This document shows, piece by piece, positions 21,141-30,424 of a stretch of 64,000 nucleotides of DNA. A program made the position numbers and the translations under genes. Source of the DNA: Flavobacteriaceae bacterium. Its GTDB lineage: Bacteria; Bacteroidota; Bacteroidia; Flavobacteriales; Flavobacteriaceae. Location of the stretch: contig CBFHNG010000002.1 of NCBI GenBank assembly GCA_965657165.1, positions 6,161 through 70,160 on the forward strand, written 5' to 3'. Each line of letters begins with the position of its first letter. Within the stretch, counting starts at the first letter, position 1. Under the pieces are notes generated by a model, which was not told the DNA's origin, did no database searches, and saw only the letters and a list, made by a program, of their open reading frames with translations.

Positions 21141-22106
21141 TTACTTCTTCTTTAATAACTCTTCATTTGCAATATAAACCCCAAAATAAGGATGTTTGGC
21201 ATCTTTACGCTTTAAGAAAACTACAAATGGCTTATTAAAAATCATCATCTTAGGTTCAGGTTCATTAAATCTAATGGATGTTGCTACAACCTCAAATTTT
21301 GCCTCACTTTCGACTTCTGCTCCGTTTTCATTTAATACAAATGCATTTCTTTGGTATGCTTTTGTAACAACATACTCTGCTTCTTTAGTGTAAAATTCAC
21401 TACCAATAAACTCATTATATGTTTTTTCAAGATTAAATTCGATAATTGGTATTTCTACTTTATCATCATCATTGAAATGTACATTTTGTTTTTTTTGTTG
21501 TTGAAAATCTTTAAATAACTCCGTAAAAGTAGAAAGCTTATCGCTTTCATTTTGGTTCATTATAAGAATAATTTCGTGCTCTTTGTTTTTTGGAAATAAT
21601 GAAATTGAAAAGTCATTTTCATTGTTGAAGTAATTTAACGTAGCACAGCTGTGATTTCCCCAAAAACCAAATGATTCTACCTCAATAGTATTAAATAATA
21701 ATGGTTTATTAAATTTTTTCAGCTTTTGCTCAAAAGGAAGTGATTTTTTAAAAAAGGCACTTGCTTTTATTTTATTCCCAATAAATTCTACAGATGTTTC
21801 ATATTCATTTTCTTTTAAAACATCTTCAAAACTTTTAGTGTTGTTTAGTTTTTCTAATTCTTTGCTCGTAAAACCTTTTAGAGGTAATCCAATTTGGTTT
21901 TTTATTTCATTCCAAGCATATGGAATTGTAGCTCCATAAATAGTGTTCTTTTCTGTAATATAAGAGCTTTCTAATGTTGGAACAAAATCGGTTTTTATTA
22001 AATTTGATACATCCCTAACTTTAGGAAAAATATTTTGGTTCAAAAAATGTGATTTACAACTGTAGATTAACAAAAATAGTCCAAGTATATTTATTAATAT
22101 TTTCAT
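21141..22106 (-). CDS. Serpin-like lipoprotein (shortened, atypical hinge)
   Basis: Lipobox LIYSC. The C-terminus follows the serpin pattern: V.IP..EF, QRNAFVLNENGAE (s5A/hinge), RCL, MIFNKPFVVFL (s1C/s4B), PYFGVYIAN (s5B). Confidence 0.65.
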   Translation of the reverse strand: MKILINILGLFLLIYSCKSHFLNQNIFPKVRDVSNLIKTDFVPTLESSYITEKNTIYGATIPYAWNEIKNQIGLPLKGFTSKELEKLNNTKSFEDVLKENEYETSVEFIGNKIKASAFFKKSLPFEQKLKKFNKPLLFNTIEVESFGFWGNHSCATLNYFNNENDFSISLFPKNKEHEIILIMNQNESDKLSTFTELFKDFQQQKKQNVHFNDDDKVEIPIIEFNLEKTYNEFIGSEFYTKEAEYVVTKAYQRNAFVLNENGAEVESEAKFEVVATSIRFNEPEPKMMIFNKPFVVFLKRKDAKHPYFGVYIANEELLKKK

Positions 22107-22110
22107 TTAA

Positions 22111-23064
22111 TTATTTCTTTAACTTATAAGTATTGATTTCTTCATTTGTCATAATATGTATATCATCTGATGAAGCTGCCTTGATGGTAAAAAAATAAAA
22201 CTCTTTCCCTAATGGAGACCCTAACATCTCATTAAAGTAATTGATCTGTTTGTGATGTTGGCTGTCATTATCTGGAATTTGAGAAGCATCTTCACCATTT
22301 TCACCACAGCACCAAGAGTGAACACCAAGTGTAGCTCCACTTTCGATGGTTCTTTTTAGACCTGCACAAAATAAATCTACACCCCCTGAATATATTTCAC
22401 TATTTGAATTTACAGCTGTGGTATATCCTGCTTTTCGGATAAGACGGCCTGTTTCAACATTAATATCATCATTTACAGAGCCTTCAACTTCTTCAAATAA
22501 AATGGTGTGTACGTTTTTGTGTATGGCGTTAAGGTCCAAAATTTGATTGTATGTAATGTTCCCCAGGGTACCATTGATTTTTGCTGTAGTACCATCTACC
22601 GTAATAGTACTATTGCCATTACCTATAGATGATTCATAAAGAATAATTTCTACAGCTTCTTTTGGCGATGACGTATTTTTTTTAACAATATCTCCTGAGA
22701 TTATATGGTTTTCATCGGGTTGTTCTTTGATGTCAAAGTTTTGACCTTCATATTCAATGCCATTAATTCGGGCTTTTGTTGTTTTGCCATCAAGTTCTTC
22801 GTCTTCTAATGATAGGGCAATCCAATTATTACCATTTTTGTCTAAAATTAAATATAGAAATGTCATATTTTCATCAAGCTCAAAATCTTCAACAACATAG
22901 TTGGTTGTATTAATTTTTACACTGCTTTTTTTGATTTCGAGTTTTGATGCTGTTAAAGTTTTGATTTGAGGGGTATTGTCTGTGGGATTAACGTCACTCT
23001 TGCTACAAGCTGCAACAACTAAAGACAATACAAATAGGATAGAGCAAATGCTATTTTTGTTCAT
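22111..23064 (-). CDS. Lipoprotein with C-terminal ClpP/crotonase-fold Ser-His hydrolase domain (COG3904-like)
   Basis: Lipobox VVAAC-SKSD. IYSGGVDLFCAGLKR...LGVHSW and DIHIMTNEEINTY resemble ClpP aaSags..aaG..R...iHqp and d.wmtaeEA..yg. Confidence 0.6.
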   Translation of the reverse strand: MNKNSICSILFVLSLVVAACSKSDVNPTDNTPQIKTLTASKLEIKKSSVKINTTNYVVEDFELDENMTFLYLILDKNGNNWIALSLEDEELDGKTTKARINGIEYEGQNFDIKEQPDENHIISGDIVKKNTSSPKEAVEIILYESSIGNGNSTITVDGTTAKINGTLGNITYNQILDLNAIHKNVHTILFEEVEGSVNDDINVETGRLIRKAGYTTAVNSNSEIYSGGVDLFCAGLKRTIESGATLGVHSWCCGENGEDASQIPDNDSQHHKQINYFNEMLGSPLGKEFYFFTIKAASSDDIHIMTNEEINTYKLKK

Positions 23065-23205
23065 ATTTTTAGATTTAGGTTTTGTTTTTTAGACCAATAA
23101 TCATACCAAAAGCACCAAATCATAATTCTTATTAAATTGTATTCTACTATTTGATTTGAAGTATGGTTACAATTCTCTATTTTTGCAAAAAAATAAAAGA
23201 AATAT

Positions 23206-24822
23206 ATGCTTTCAGTTTCAAACTTATCGGTTCAATTTGGCAAACGCATCCTTTTTGACGAAGTCAACGTTACTTTTAACAGTGGTAATTGCTATGGTAT
23301 TATTGGGGCCAATGGAGCCGGAAAATCAACGTTTCTAAAAATCCTTTCTGGAACACAAGAAGCAACATCCGGACACGTACATTTGGAGCCAGGGAAACGG
23401 ATGTCAGTTTTGGAACAAAACCATAACCTATACGACAGTCATACTGTACTAGAAGCCGTACTTATGGGCAACAAGCCTTTGTTTGCCATTAAGTCCGAAA
23501 TTGATGCTCTTTACAATGATTATAACGACGCTAACGCCGATAGAATAGGGGAGTTACAAGTGCAATTTGAAGAAATGGATGGGTGGAATGCCGATAGCGA
23601 TGCTGCTGCCATGCTATCCAATCTTGGAATCAAAGAAGAATTACACTATACGGCTATGGCCGATTTAGACGGTAAACAAAAGGTTCGCGTGCTTTTGGCA
23701 CAAGCGCTTTTTGGTTCGCCCGATGTGCTTATTATGGATGAGCCTACCAATGATTTGGATTATGAAACGATTGCTTGGTTAGAAAACTTTTTGGCGAACT
23801 ATGATAACTGTGTGATTGTAGTCTCGCATGACCGTCACTTTTTAGATGCGGTTTGTACACATATTTCTGATATCGATTTTAGTAAAATCAATCATTTTTC
23901 TGGAAATTATACCTTTTGGTATGAATCCTCTCAATTAGCCGCAAAACAACGTGCACAACAAAACAAAAAGGCCGAAGAAAAAAAGAAAGAATTAGAAGAA
24001 TTTATCCGCCGTTTCTCTGCAAATGTTGCTAAATCTAAACAAGCTACAAGTCGAAAAAAAATGATTGATAAGCTCAATGTTGCAGATATTAAACCATCGA
24101 GTAGACGTTATCCTGCAATTATTTTTGAGCGTGATCGTGAAGCTGGTGATCAAATTTTAAATATTGAAAAACTATCTGCAGAACTTGACGGTGAGGCGTT
24201 ATTTCAAAATATTGATTTGAATTTAAATAAAGGCGATAAAGTTGTGGTGTTTTCAAAAGATTCAAGGGCTACAACCGCTTTTTATGAAATCATCAATGGA
24301 AAACAAAATGCCAAATCTGGAAAATTTAGTTGGGGAGTTACCACTACACAATCCTATTTACCACTAGACAATAGCGAATATTTTTCTGAAAAACTAACTC
24401 TTGTTGATTGGTTGCGTCAGTGGGCCACCACTGAAGAAGAACGCGAAGAAGTTTATATTCGTGGATTTTTAGGGAAAATGATTTTTAGTGGAGAAGAAGC
24501 CCTAAAAACTGCAGATGTTTTGTCTGGTGGTGAAAAAGTGCGTTGTATGCTTTCGCGTATGATGATGATTCGTGCTAATGTTTTGATGCTTGACGAACCC
24601 ACAAATCACTTGGATTTGGAGAGTATTACGGCGTTTAATAATTCCCTTAAAAATTTTAAGGGTACTGTTCTGTTTACGACCCACGATCATGAGTTTGCAC
24701 AAACAGTAGCCAATAGAGTCGTGGAAATCACACCAAATGGAATTATCGATCGCTATACCACATTTGATGAGTACATGCAAGACAATAAAATCAAAGCGCT
24801 TCGAGAGAAAATGTACAGTTAG
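23206..24822 (+). CDS. ABC-F family ATPase (YbiT/YkpA-like)
   Basis: Two ABC domains with no TM segment: GANGAGKST, MDEPTNDLD, VSHDRHFL, interdomain linker, LSGGEKVR, LDEPTNHLD. Confidence 0.93.
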   Translation: MLSVSNLSVQFGKRILFDEVNVTFNSGNCYGIIGANGAGKSTFLKILSGTQEATSGHVHLEPGKRMSVLEQNHNLYDSHTVLEAVLMGNKPLFAIKSEIDALYNDYNDANADRIGELQVQFEEMDGWNADSDAAAMLSNLGIKEELHYTAMADLDGKQKVRVLLAQALFGSPDVLIMDEPTNDLDYETIAWLENFLANYDNCVIVVSHDRHFLDAVCTHISDIDFSKINHFSGNYTFWYESSQLAAKQRAQQNKKAEEKKKELEEFIRRFSANVAKSKQATSRKKMIDKLNVADIKPSSRRYPAIIFERDREAGDQILNIEKLSAELDGEALFQNIDLNLNKGDKVVVFSKDSRATTAFYEIINGKQNAKSGKFSWGVTTTQSYLPLDNSEYFSEKLTLVDWLRQWATTEEEREEVYIRGFLGKMIFSGEEALKTADVLSGGEKVRCMLSRMMMIRANVLMLDEPTNHLDLESITAFNNSLKNFKGTVLFTTHDHEFAQTVANRVVEITPNGIIDRYTTFDEYMQDNKIKALREKMYS

Positions 24823-24830
24823 TCTTTAGC

Positions 24831-24995
24831 TTACCCTTTAATTTTTTTTACAAAATTAATAGCCCCAGCTATTGCAATGCACATTAGTATTGCAAATGTT
24901 GAAATATTTTCAAATTTAAAAAAGACTTTAAGGACTTGAAGTGTAACTCCTGTAAGAAGAAAACCTGCCGTTAATATTGATAAAAATCGTTTCAT
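24831..24995 (-). CDS. Small 54-aa two-TM membrane protein (not in the supplied ORF track)
   Basis: Hand translation: MKRFLSILTAGFLLTGVTLQVLKVFFKFENISTFAILMCIAIAGAINFVKKIKG*. It fills the gap between ABC-F and dnaN. Confidence 0.55.
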   Translation of the reverse strand: MKRFLSILTAGFLLTGVTLQVLKVFFKFENISTFAILMCIAIAGAINFVKKIKG

Positions 24996-25082
24996 CACTA
25001 CCTGTTTAATTTAACCATAGGGGAGGGTATTAGTAAAGCACTAAAAAATTAAATTGGTTTTTATTAAATAAAAAATCTGCTT

Positions 25083-26201
25083 CTAGCTGTTCAACATCAC
25101 AGGCATGACAAGCATTGTAACATGTTCTCCTTCTTCTAATCCATCTACAGGAGTAAGAATTCCGGCTCTGTTTGGCAAACTCATTTCGAGTTGAACATCA
25201 TCGGCATTGATATTGCTTAGCATTTCGGATAAAAACCTAGAATTGAATCCAATTTGCATATCATCGCCTTGATAATCACAAGTAAGACGTTCTTCAGCTT
25301 TATTGCTATAATCGATATCTTCTGCAGAAATATTCAATTCTGCACCAGCAATTTTCAATCGGATTTGATGTGTAGTTTTGTTAGAGAAAATAGAAACACG
25401 GCGTACCGAATTTAAAAATTGAGTACGACCAATCGTCAATTGATTAGGATTTTCCTTTGGAATGACAGCTTCATAATTTGGATATTTCCCATCAATTAGT
25501 CGACAAATTAGGACAGAATTATCAAATGAAAACTTTGCATTGGATTCGTTGTATTCTATGGTAACATTTTCATCACTTGTAGCTAAAATTCCTTTTAATA
25601 AATTCAAAGGTTTTTTGGGCATAATAAATTCGGCTGTTTCACTCGCCTGAACATCTGTTCTTGAATATTTTACAAGTTTGTGCGCATCAGTTGCAACAAA
25701 GGTCAGTCCATCAGTAGAAAACTGAAAAAAGACACCACTCATTACAGGTCTCAAATCATCATTTCCTGCAGCAAAAATGGTTTTATTAATTGCAGTAGCC
25801 AATAGTTCTGAAGGTACAACAGTATTGCTTGGATTGTCAAGGGCAATTGTTTTTGGAAATTCATCTGCACTAGCATAGGCAAGCGCATATTTTCCATGAT
25901 TAGAACTAATTTCTATGGTATTATTTGATTCAACCACAAATGTTAGAGGTTGCTCTGGAAAGGTTTTTAGGGTTTCTAATAATAATTTGGCAGGAATAGC
26001 CACTTGACCTTCACTATCACTTTCAACCTCCAAAACAGAGGACATTGTGGTTTCCAAATCACTAGCCGACACCGTTAGTGTTGAAGATGTAAGTTCGAAT
26101 AAAAAATTGTCTAAAATAGGTAAGGTGTTGGAGTTATTGATCACGCCTCCTAAGACCTGGAGTTGTTTTAATAAATATGTACTCGAAACGATGAATTTCA
26201 T
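25083..26201 (-). CDS. dnaN: DNA polymerase III subunit beta (sliding clamp)
   Basis: LPILDN, SASDLE, RPVMSGV, VATDAHKL, RLIDGKYPNY, IGFNSRFL, LVMPV. Confidence 0.98.
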   Translation of the reverse strand: MKFIVSSTYLLKQLQVLGGVINNSNTLPILDNFLFELTSSTLTVSASDLETTMSSVLEVESDSEGQVAIPAKLLLETLKTFPEQPLTFVVESNNTIEISSNHGKYALAYASADEFPKTIALDNPSNTVVPSELLATAINKTIFAAGNDDLRPVMSGVFFQFSTDGLTFVATDAHKLVKYSRTDVQASETAEFIMPKKPLNLLKGILATSDENVTIEYNESNAKFSFDNSVLICRLIDGKYPNYEAVIPKENPNQLTIGRTQFLNSVRRVSIFSNKTTHQIRLKIAGAELNISAEDIDYSNKAEERLTCDYQGDDMQIGFNSRFLSEMLSNINADDVQLEMSLPNRAGILTPVDGLEEGEHVTMLVMPVMLNS

Positions 26202-26220
26202 GTGTTGTATTGTTTATTTG

Positions 26221-26246
26221 AAGAATATACTTACAAATATATTCTT
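26221..26246 (-). promoter_or_regulatory. dnaN promoter -7 box embedded in a 9-bp inverted repeat
   Basis: AAGAATATA-cttacaaa-TATATTCTT. The minus strand contains TATATTTG (TAnnTTTG). Confidence 0.45.
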
Positions 26247-26306
26247 TAGATGTGTATTAACGAAAGAAACTTATTAACATTTGATTGGATGTTTTTAACC
26301 ACTAAT

Positions 26307-27143
26307 TTAGTCTTCAAAAAATTGAACAGTAACACTGTCCATCATTTCCAATCCCATAAGGGTGGAAGCACCACCAACGGTTGCTTTATTACTCTTATAC
26401 ATTGCTATTTCTAAAAAACCTGAAGAATTAAAAACGACAAGTCCACGACCTTCATCATTTCGATTTTTAAGAGGAATACTAAAGTCCACAATTTCTGAAT
26501 ATTGTGTGTAAATTTTCTTGAATTTGTGATTACGTGCCAATATTTCAAATCGACGACCTTTTTGGATAGATTCAAAAAATCGCTTTTTGATGTTTGTAAT
26601 TACATTGTCATAACGATCTATAAAAATAACATTTCCAATGAGTTGCGATTGATCTGAGCTTACAAAAGGCATAAGATTTGTAATGGGTTTAATCTCATTA
26701 ATGGTCTTACCAATAACTTCCAAAGTACCGCCACGAGCAATATGTGCGGCAACTTTTACAAAAACATCCAAAACAGGAAAACTACCAACAACTTTATCAT
26801 GAATATTAATTTCAACAATATGATCGGGCGTAATTTCTGTACAAATCATACTTAAAATTCCATTATTTGCACAAATAAAAAAATGACCATTGAGTGCCAT
26901 TGCAATATGTTTGTTTTCTGGATTCAATTCAGAATCAACACCAATAACATGTATGGTTCCTTTTGGAAAACTATTAAAGGCATTTTGAATCACATAGGCG
27001 GCTTCCAACACATTAAAAGGAGCGATGTTGTGCGAAATATCCACAATAGTTGCATTGGGTATTTCAGAGTACAACGCCCCTTTAACAGCACCTACAAAGT
27101 GTGCTTTCATTCCAAAATCTGTGGTTAGAGTAATAATGGCCAT
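26307..27143 (-). CDS. SAM hydrolase / SAM-dependent halogenase family protein (DUF62)
   Basis: ITLTTDFG, IVDISHNI, FPKGTIHV, FNSSGFLEIA, GASTLMGL. Confidence 0.9.
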   Translation of the reverse strand: MAIITLTTDFGMKAHFVGAVKGALYSEIPNATIVDISHNIAPFNVLEAAYVIQNAFNSFPKGTIHVIGVDSELNPENKHIAMALNGHFFICANNGILSMICTEITPDHIVEINIHDKVVGSFPVLDVFVKVAAHIARGGTLEVIGKTINEIKPITNLMPFVSSDQSQLIGNVIFIDRYDNVITNIKKRFFESIQKGRRFEILARNHKFKKIYTQYSEIVDFSIPLKNRNDEGRGLVVFNSSGFLEIAMYKSNKATVGGASTLMGLEMMDSVTVQFFED

Positions 27144-27314
27144 TCAGTATGAACTGTTATGGTGTTAAATTTAAATAAAAAATGCTATTTTCTTGTTTTA
27201 CAAACCTACATAAATTTTTGTTTTTAAATTTTATTAACAGTACTAAATAATTAAGTAAAAATGTTAGTATTTTTATGGTATAAATTATTTTAAAACCTCA
27301 TAATCAATAAGCAT

Positions 27315-28268
27315 TTGAATGAACTCGTATTAGAACTCGAAGAAATTACGCCAAAAGAATTTTTTGGCCCTCAAAATAAAAATATAGAACTCCTCAAAAA
27401 GTACTTTCCAAAACTGAAAATTGTAGCCAGAGGCAATAAAATCACAGCATTTGGCGATGAGGAATTACTTGAAGAATTTGACAAACGAATGGAAATGTTG
27501 TTGAATCATTTTGGCAACTACAACAAAATTGATGAAAACATGATTGAGCGTGTACTCTCAAGCGATTCCAAAGAAGACTATGAAACTTCTAGTACAAGCG
27601 GAGAAGTTATACTTCATGGTGTTAATGGTCGACTGATCAAAGCGCAGACAAGTAATCAAAGGAAACTTGTGGATACTGTACGTCAAAATGATATGGTATT
27701 TGCCATTGGTCCAGCAGGAACTGGAAAAACATACACAGGTGTTGCTCTTGCAGTTAAAGCACTAAAAAACAAAGAAGTAAAACGCATAATACTTACAAGG
27801 CCTGCAGTTGAAGCTGGTGAAAACCTTGGGTTTTTACCGGGTGATTTAAAAGAAAAATTGGATCCCTACATGCAACCCCTCTACGATGCGTTGCGTGATA
27901 TGATTCCTCACGAAAAATTAGACAATTACATAGAAAAAGGCATTATCCAAATTGCCCCGTTGGCATTTATGCGCGGACGAACTCTAGATCATGCTTTTGT
28001 GATTTTAGATGAAGGTCAAAATACAACCCACGCTCAAATGAAAATGTTTTTAACTCGAATGGGGAAAAATGCAAAATTTTTACTCACTGGTGATCCTGGG
28101 CAAATTGATTTGCCAAGACGTGTCATTTCTGGATTAAAGGAAGCATTATTAATTTTAAAAGATATTAATGGCGTAGGAATGGTATTTTTAGATGACAAAG
28201 ATGTGATTCGACATAAATTAGTCAAGCAAGTTATTGAAGCCTATAAAAACATTGAAAACAGAGAATAA
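27315..28268 (+). CDS. phoH: PhoH family ATPase
   Basis: GPAGTGKT, ILTRPAVEAGE.LGFLPGD, PLAFMRGRTL, ILDEGQN. TTG start. Confidence 0.95.
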   Translation: MNELVLELEEITPKEFFGPQNKNIELLKKYFPKLKIVARGNKITAFGDEELLEEFDKRMEMLLNHFGNYNKIDENMIERVLSSDSKEDYETSSTSGEVILHGVNGRLIKAQTSNQRKLVDTVRQNDMVFAIGPAGTGKTYTGVALAVKALKNKEVKRIILTRPAVEAGENLGFLPGDLKEKLDPYMQPLYDALRDMIPHEKLDNYIEKGIIQIAPLAFMRGRTLDHAFVILDEGQNTTHAQMKMFLTRMGKNAKFLLTGDPGQIDLPRRVISGLKEALLILKDINGVGMVFLDDKDVIRHKLVKQVIEAYKNIENRE

Positions 28269-28277
28269 TTCAGCATC

Positions 28278-29228
28278 ATGAGTCAAACGATAATAGACAC
28301 AAATTTTAATTTTCCTGCTCAAAAAGGGGTATATAAAGGTAAGGTTCGAGAGGTATACACCATTAACGACAACTTACTTGTAATGATTGCTACAGATCGG
28401 CTTTCTGCTTTTGATGTTGTTATGCCAAAAGGCATTCCATACAAAGGACAAATATTAAATCAGATTGCAACAAAAATGATGAAAGCCACAGAGGATTTAG
28501 TTCCAAATTGGTTAATCGCAACTCCTGATCCCAATGTTGCAGTTGGACATTTGTGTGAACCATTTAAGGTGGAAATGGTGATAAGAGGCTATATGTCTGG
28601 ACACGCTGCAAGAGAATATAACGCTGGAAAACGTGTTCTATGTGGGGTAGCAATGCCAGAAGGAATGAAAGAAAATGATGCGTTTCAAACACCTATTATT
28701 ACCCCTGCAACAAAAGCTGAAATGGGAAATCATGATGAAGATATTTCACGAGAAGATATTTTGGCTCGTGGAATTGTTTCTGAAGAGGATTATTTGATTT
28801 TAGAAGATTATACCAGAAAACTCTTTCAAAGAGGAACAGAAATTGCAGCAAAACAAGGACTGATTTTAGTTGATACTAAATATGAATTTGGAAAAACTAA
28901 AGAAGGAAAAATTGTTTTAATCGATGAAATTCACACTCCTGATTCTTCGCGTTATTTTTATGCCGAGGGCTATGAAGAACGTCAACAAAAAGGAGAGCCC
29001 CAAAAACAACTCTCCAAAGAGTTTGTACGCCAATGGTTGATTCAAAATGGATTTCAGGGCTTAGAAGGGCAAACTGTACCAGAAATGACAGAAGCATATA
29101 TAAAAACCGTTAGCGAACGCTATATTGAATTGTATGAAACCATAACGGGAGAGTCTTTCAATAGAGCTGATCTTTCAAACATTAATGAAAGAATAGAAAA
29201 AAACGTCCTTAATTACTTCTCGAAATAA
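28278..29228 (+). CDS. purC: SAICAR synthase
   Basis: [47 protein letters not shown]. Confidence 0.97.
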   Translation: MSQTIIDTNFNFPAQKGVYKGKVREVYTINDNLLVMIATDRLSAFDVVMPKGIPYKGQILNQIATKMMKATEDLVPNWLIATPDPNVAVGHLCEPFKVEMVIRGYMSGHAAREYNAGKRVLCGVAMPEGMKENDAFQTPIITPATKAEMGNHDEDISREDILARGIVSEEDYLILEDYTRKLFQRGTEIAAKQGLILVDTKYEFGKTKEGKIVLIDEIHTPDSSRYFYAEGYEERQQKGEPQKQLSKEFVRQWLIQNGFQGLEGQTVPEMTEAYIKTVSERYIELYETITGESFNRADLSNINERIEKNVLNYFSK

Positions 29229-30318
29229 ATAATGAACTAATTTTTTGAGTCAATTGACGTATTTTGTAATATAAAAATGAGTTAGCTTTTGTTCTATATA
29301 TTGCGATAAAACTTACGCTACTTAAAAATAATAGTGCACCAATAATAACTTCTGTTGGATTTAAATTTTTTCCAAATATTCGGTTTAATCCCAAACCTGT
29401 AAAACTTCCATAGAGTACAATAAAATGAATAACGTAAATTGAAAGTGTTTTTTGTCCAATTTTTAGTATGAGTGTTTGCTTTAAAAATCTTTCAAAAGCA
29501 TAAAAAATTCCGAAAATCACTAGAACATTTCCTAAACGAATAAATAGATAATTAAAATTAGCTACATCAATAATAAGCTGAATATCAGTCCATAAATAGA
29601 TTTTTTGAAACACCCAAGTGGAACTATTTACTAAAAACATCCCCAATATTAAAAATCCAACTATAACTGTAAACTTGAATTTTGGATTATTTATATACTT
29701 ATAGAAAAGAGCTGCAATAAAAGCACCATAGGCCATGTATCCAAACCATGGAACAATAGTAAAAATCGAACCATTAGATTTAGTTAAATAATTGGCAAAA
29801 AATAGTGGAATATTCTCGGCAGTATATGTTCTATATAAAGGTTCAGTAATAAAAACAACCCCACCTAAACAAAACATCAAAACAGAGAAAAAAAACACTT
29901 TTCGTTGAACAAATTTATAAAAGAAAACGATTAGAATCAGAGATAATCCAATGCATTGCAACACATCAATAACTAAAAAATAAGTATCAAAATTTCCTGA
30001 AAACCATCTAAAAATAGGAACTCGAAGTGCATATCCAATTCCAATAAGCATAAGGCCACGAACCAACCCTTTTTTTATACGCTCGTTTGATGCTCCTTTA
30101 TCATTGGCCTTCATCAATAAATATGTAAAAATTAATCCTGAAATTGTAAAAAATACAGGTGCAGTAATACCCCTAAAATATTGCCAAATTTGATAGGCTA
30201 AATTTGAAGTGTCACGAAAATCTACCGCCAAAAGCGTATCAATAAAATGCCCCTGGAGCATCATTAGGATTGCAAAAGCACGAACAGCATCAATAAAATA
30301 TAAGCGATTGGATTTCAA
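29209..30318 (-). CDS. DUF1624 / heparan-alpha-glucosaminide N-acetyltransferase-like integral membrane acyltransferase
   Basis: [48 protein letters not shown] and about 10 TM segments. Probable TTG start at 30318, after a TACTTTTG box (30335-30342). Confidence 0.8.
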   Translation of the reverse strand: MKSNRLYFIDAVRAFAILMMLQGHFIDTLLAVDFRDTSNLAYQIWQYFRGITAPVFFTISGLIFTYLLMKANDKGASNERIKKGLVRGLMLIGIGYALRVPIFRWFSGNFDTYFLVIDVLQCIGLSLILIVFFYKFVQRKVFFFSVLMFCLGGVVFITEPLYRTYTAENIPLFFANYLTKSNGSIFTIVPWFGYMAYGAFIAALFYKYINNPKFKFTVIVGFLILGMFLVNSSTWVFQKIYLWTDIQLIIDVANFNYLFIRLGNVLVIFGIFYAFERFLKQTLILKIGQKTLSIYVIHFIVLYGSFTGLGLNRIFGKNLNPTEVIIGALLFLSSVSFIAIYRTKANSFLYYKIRQLTQKISSLFISRSN

Positions 30319-30424
30319 TTGTATGAATTTAAAACAAAAGTAATACATTGTGTATTAATTTATTTTAATAATCCTTTTAACATATTCTAAATATTTAATT
30401 AAATTAGTTGAAAATTAAAATTTC

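Noticed and set aside
26307-27143. Fluorinase/chlorinase of a halometabolite pathway
   Set aside because: Housekeeping context with no biosynthetic genes. Most DUF62 members are SAM hydrolases, and specificity cannot be told by eye.
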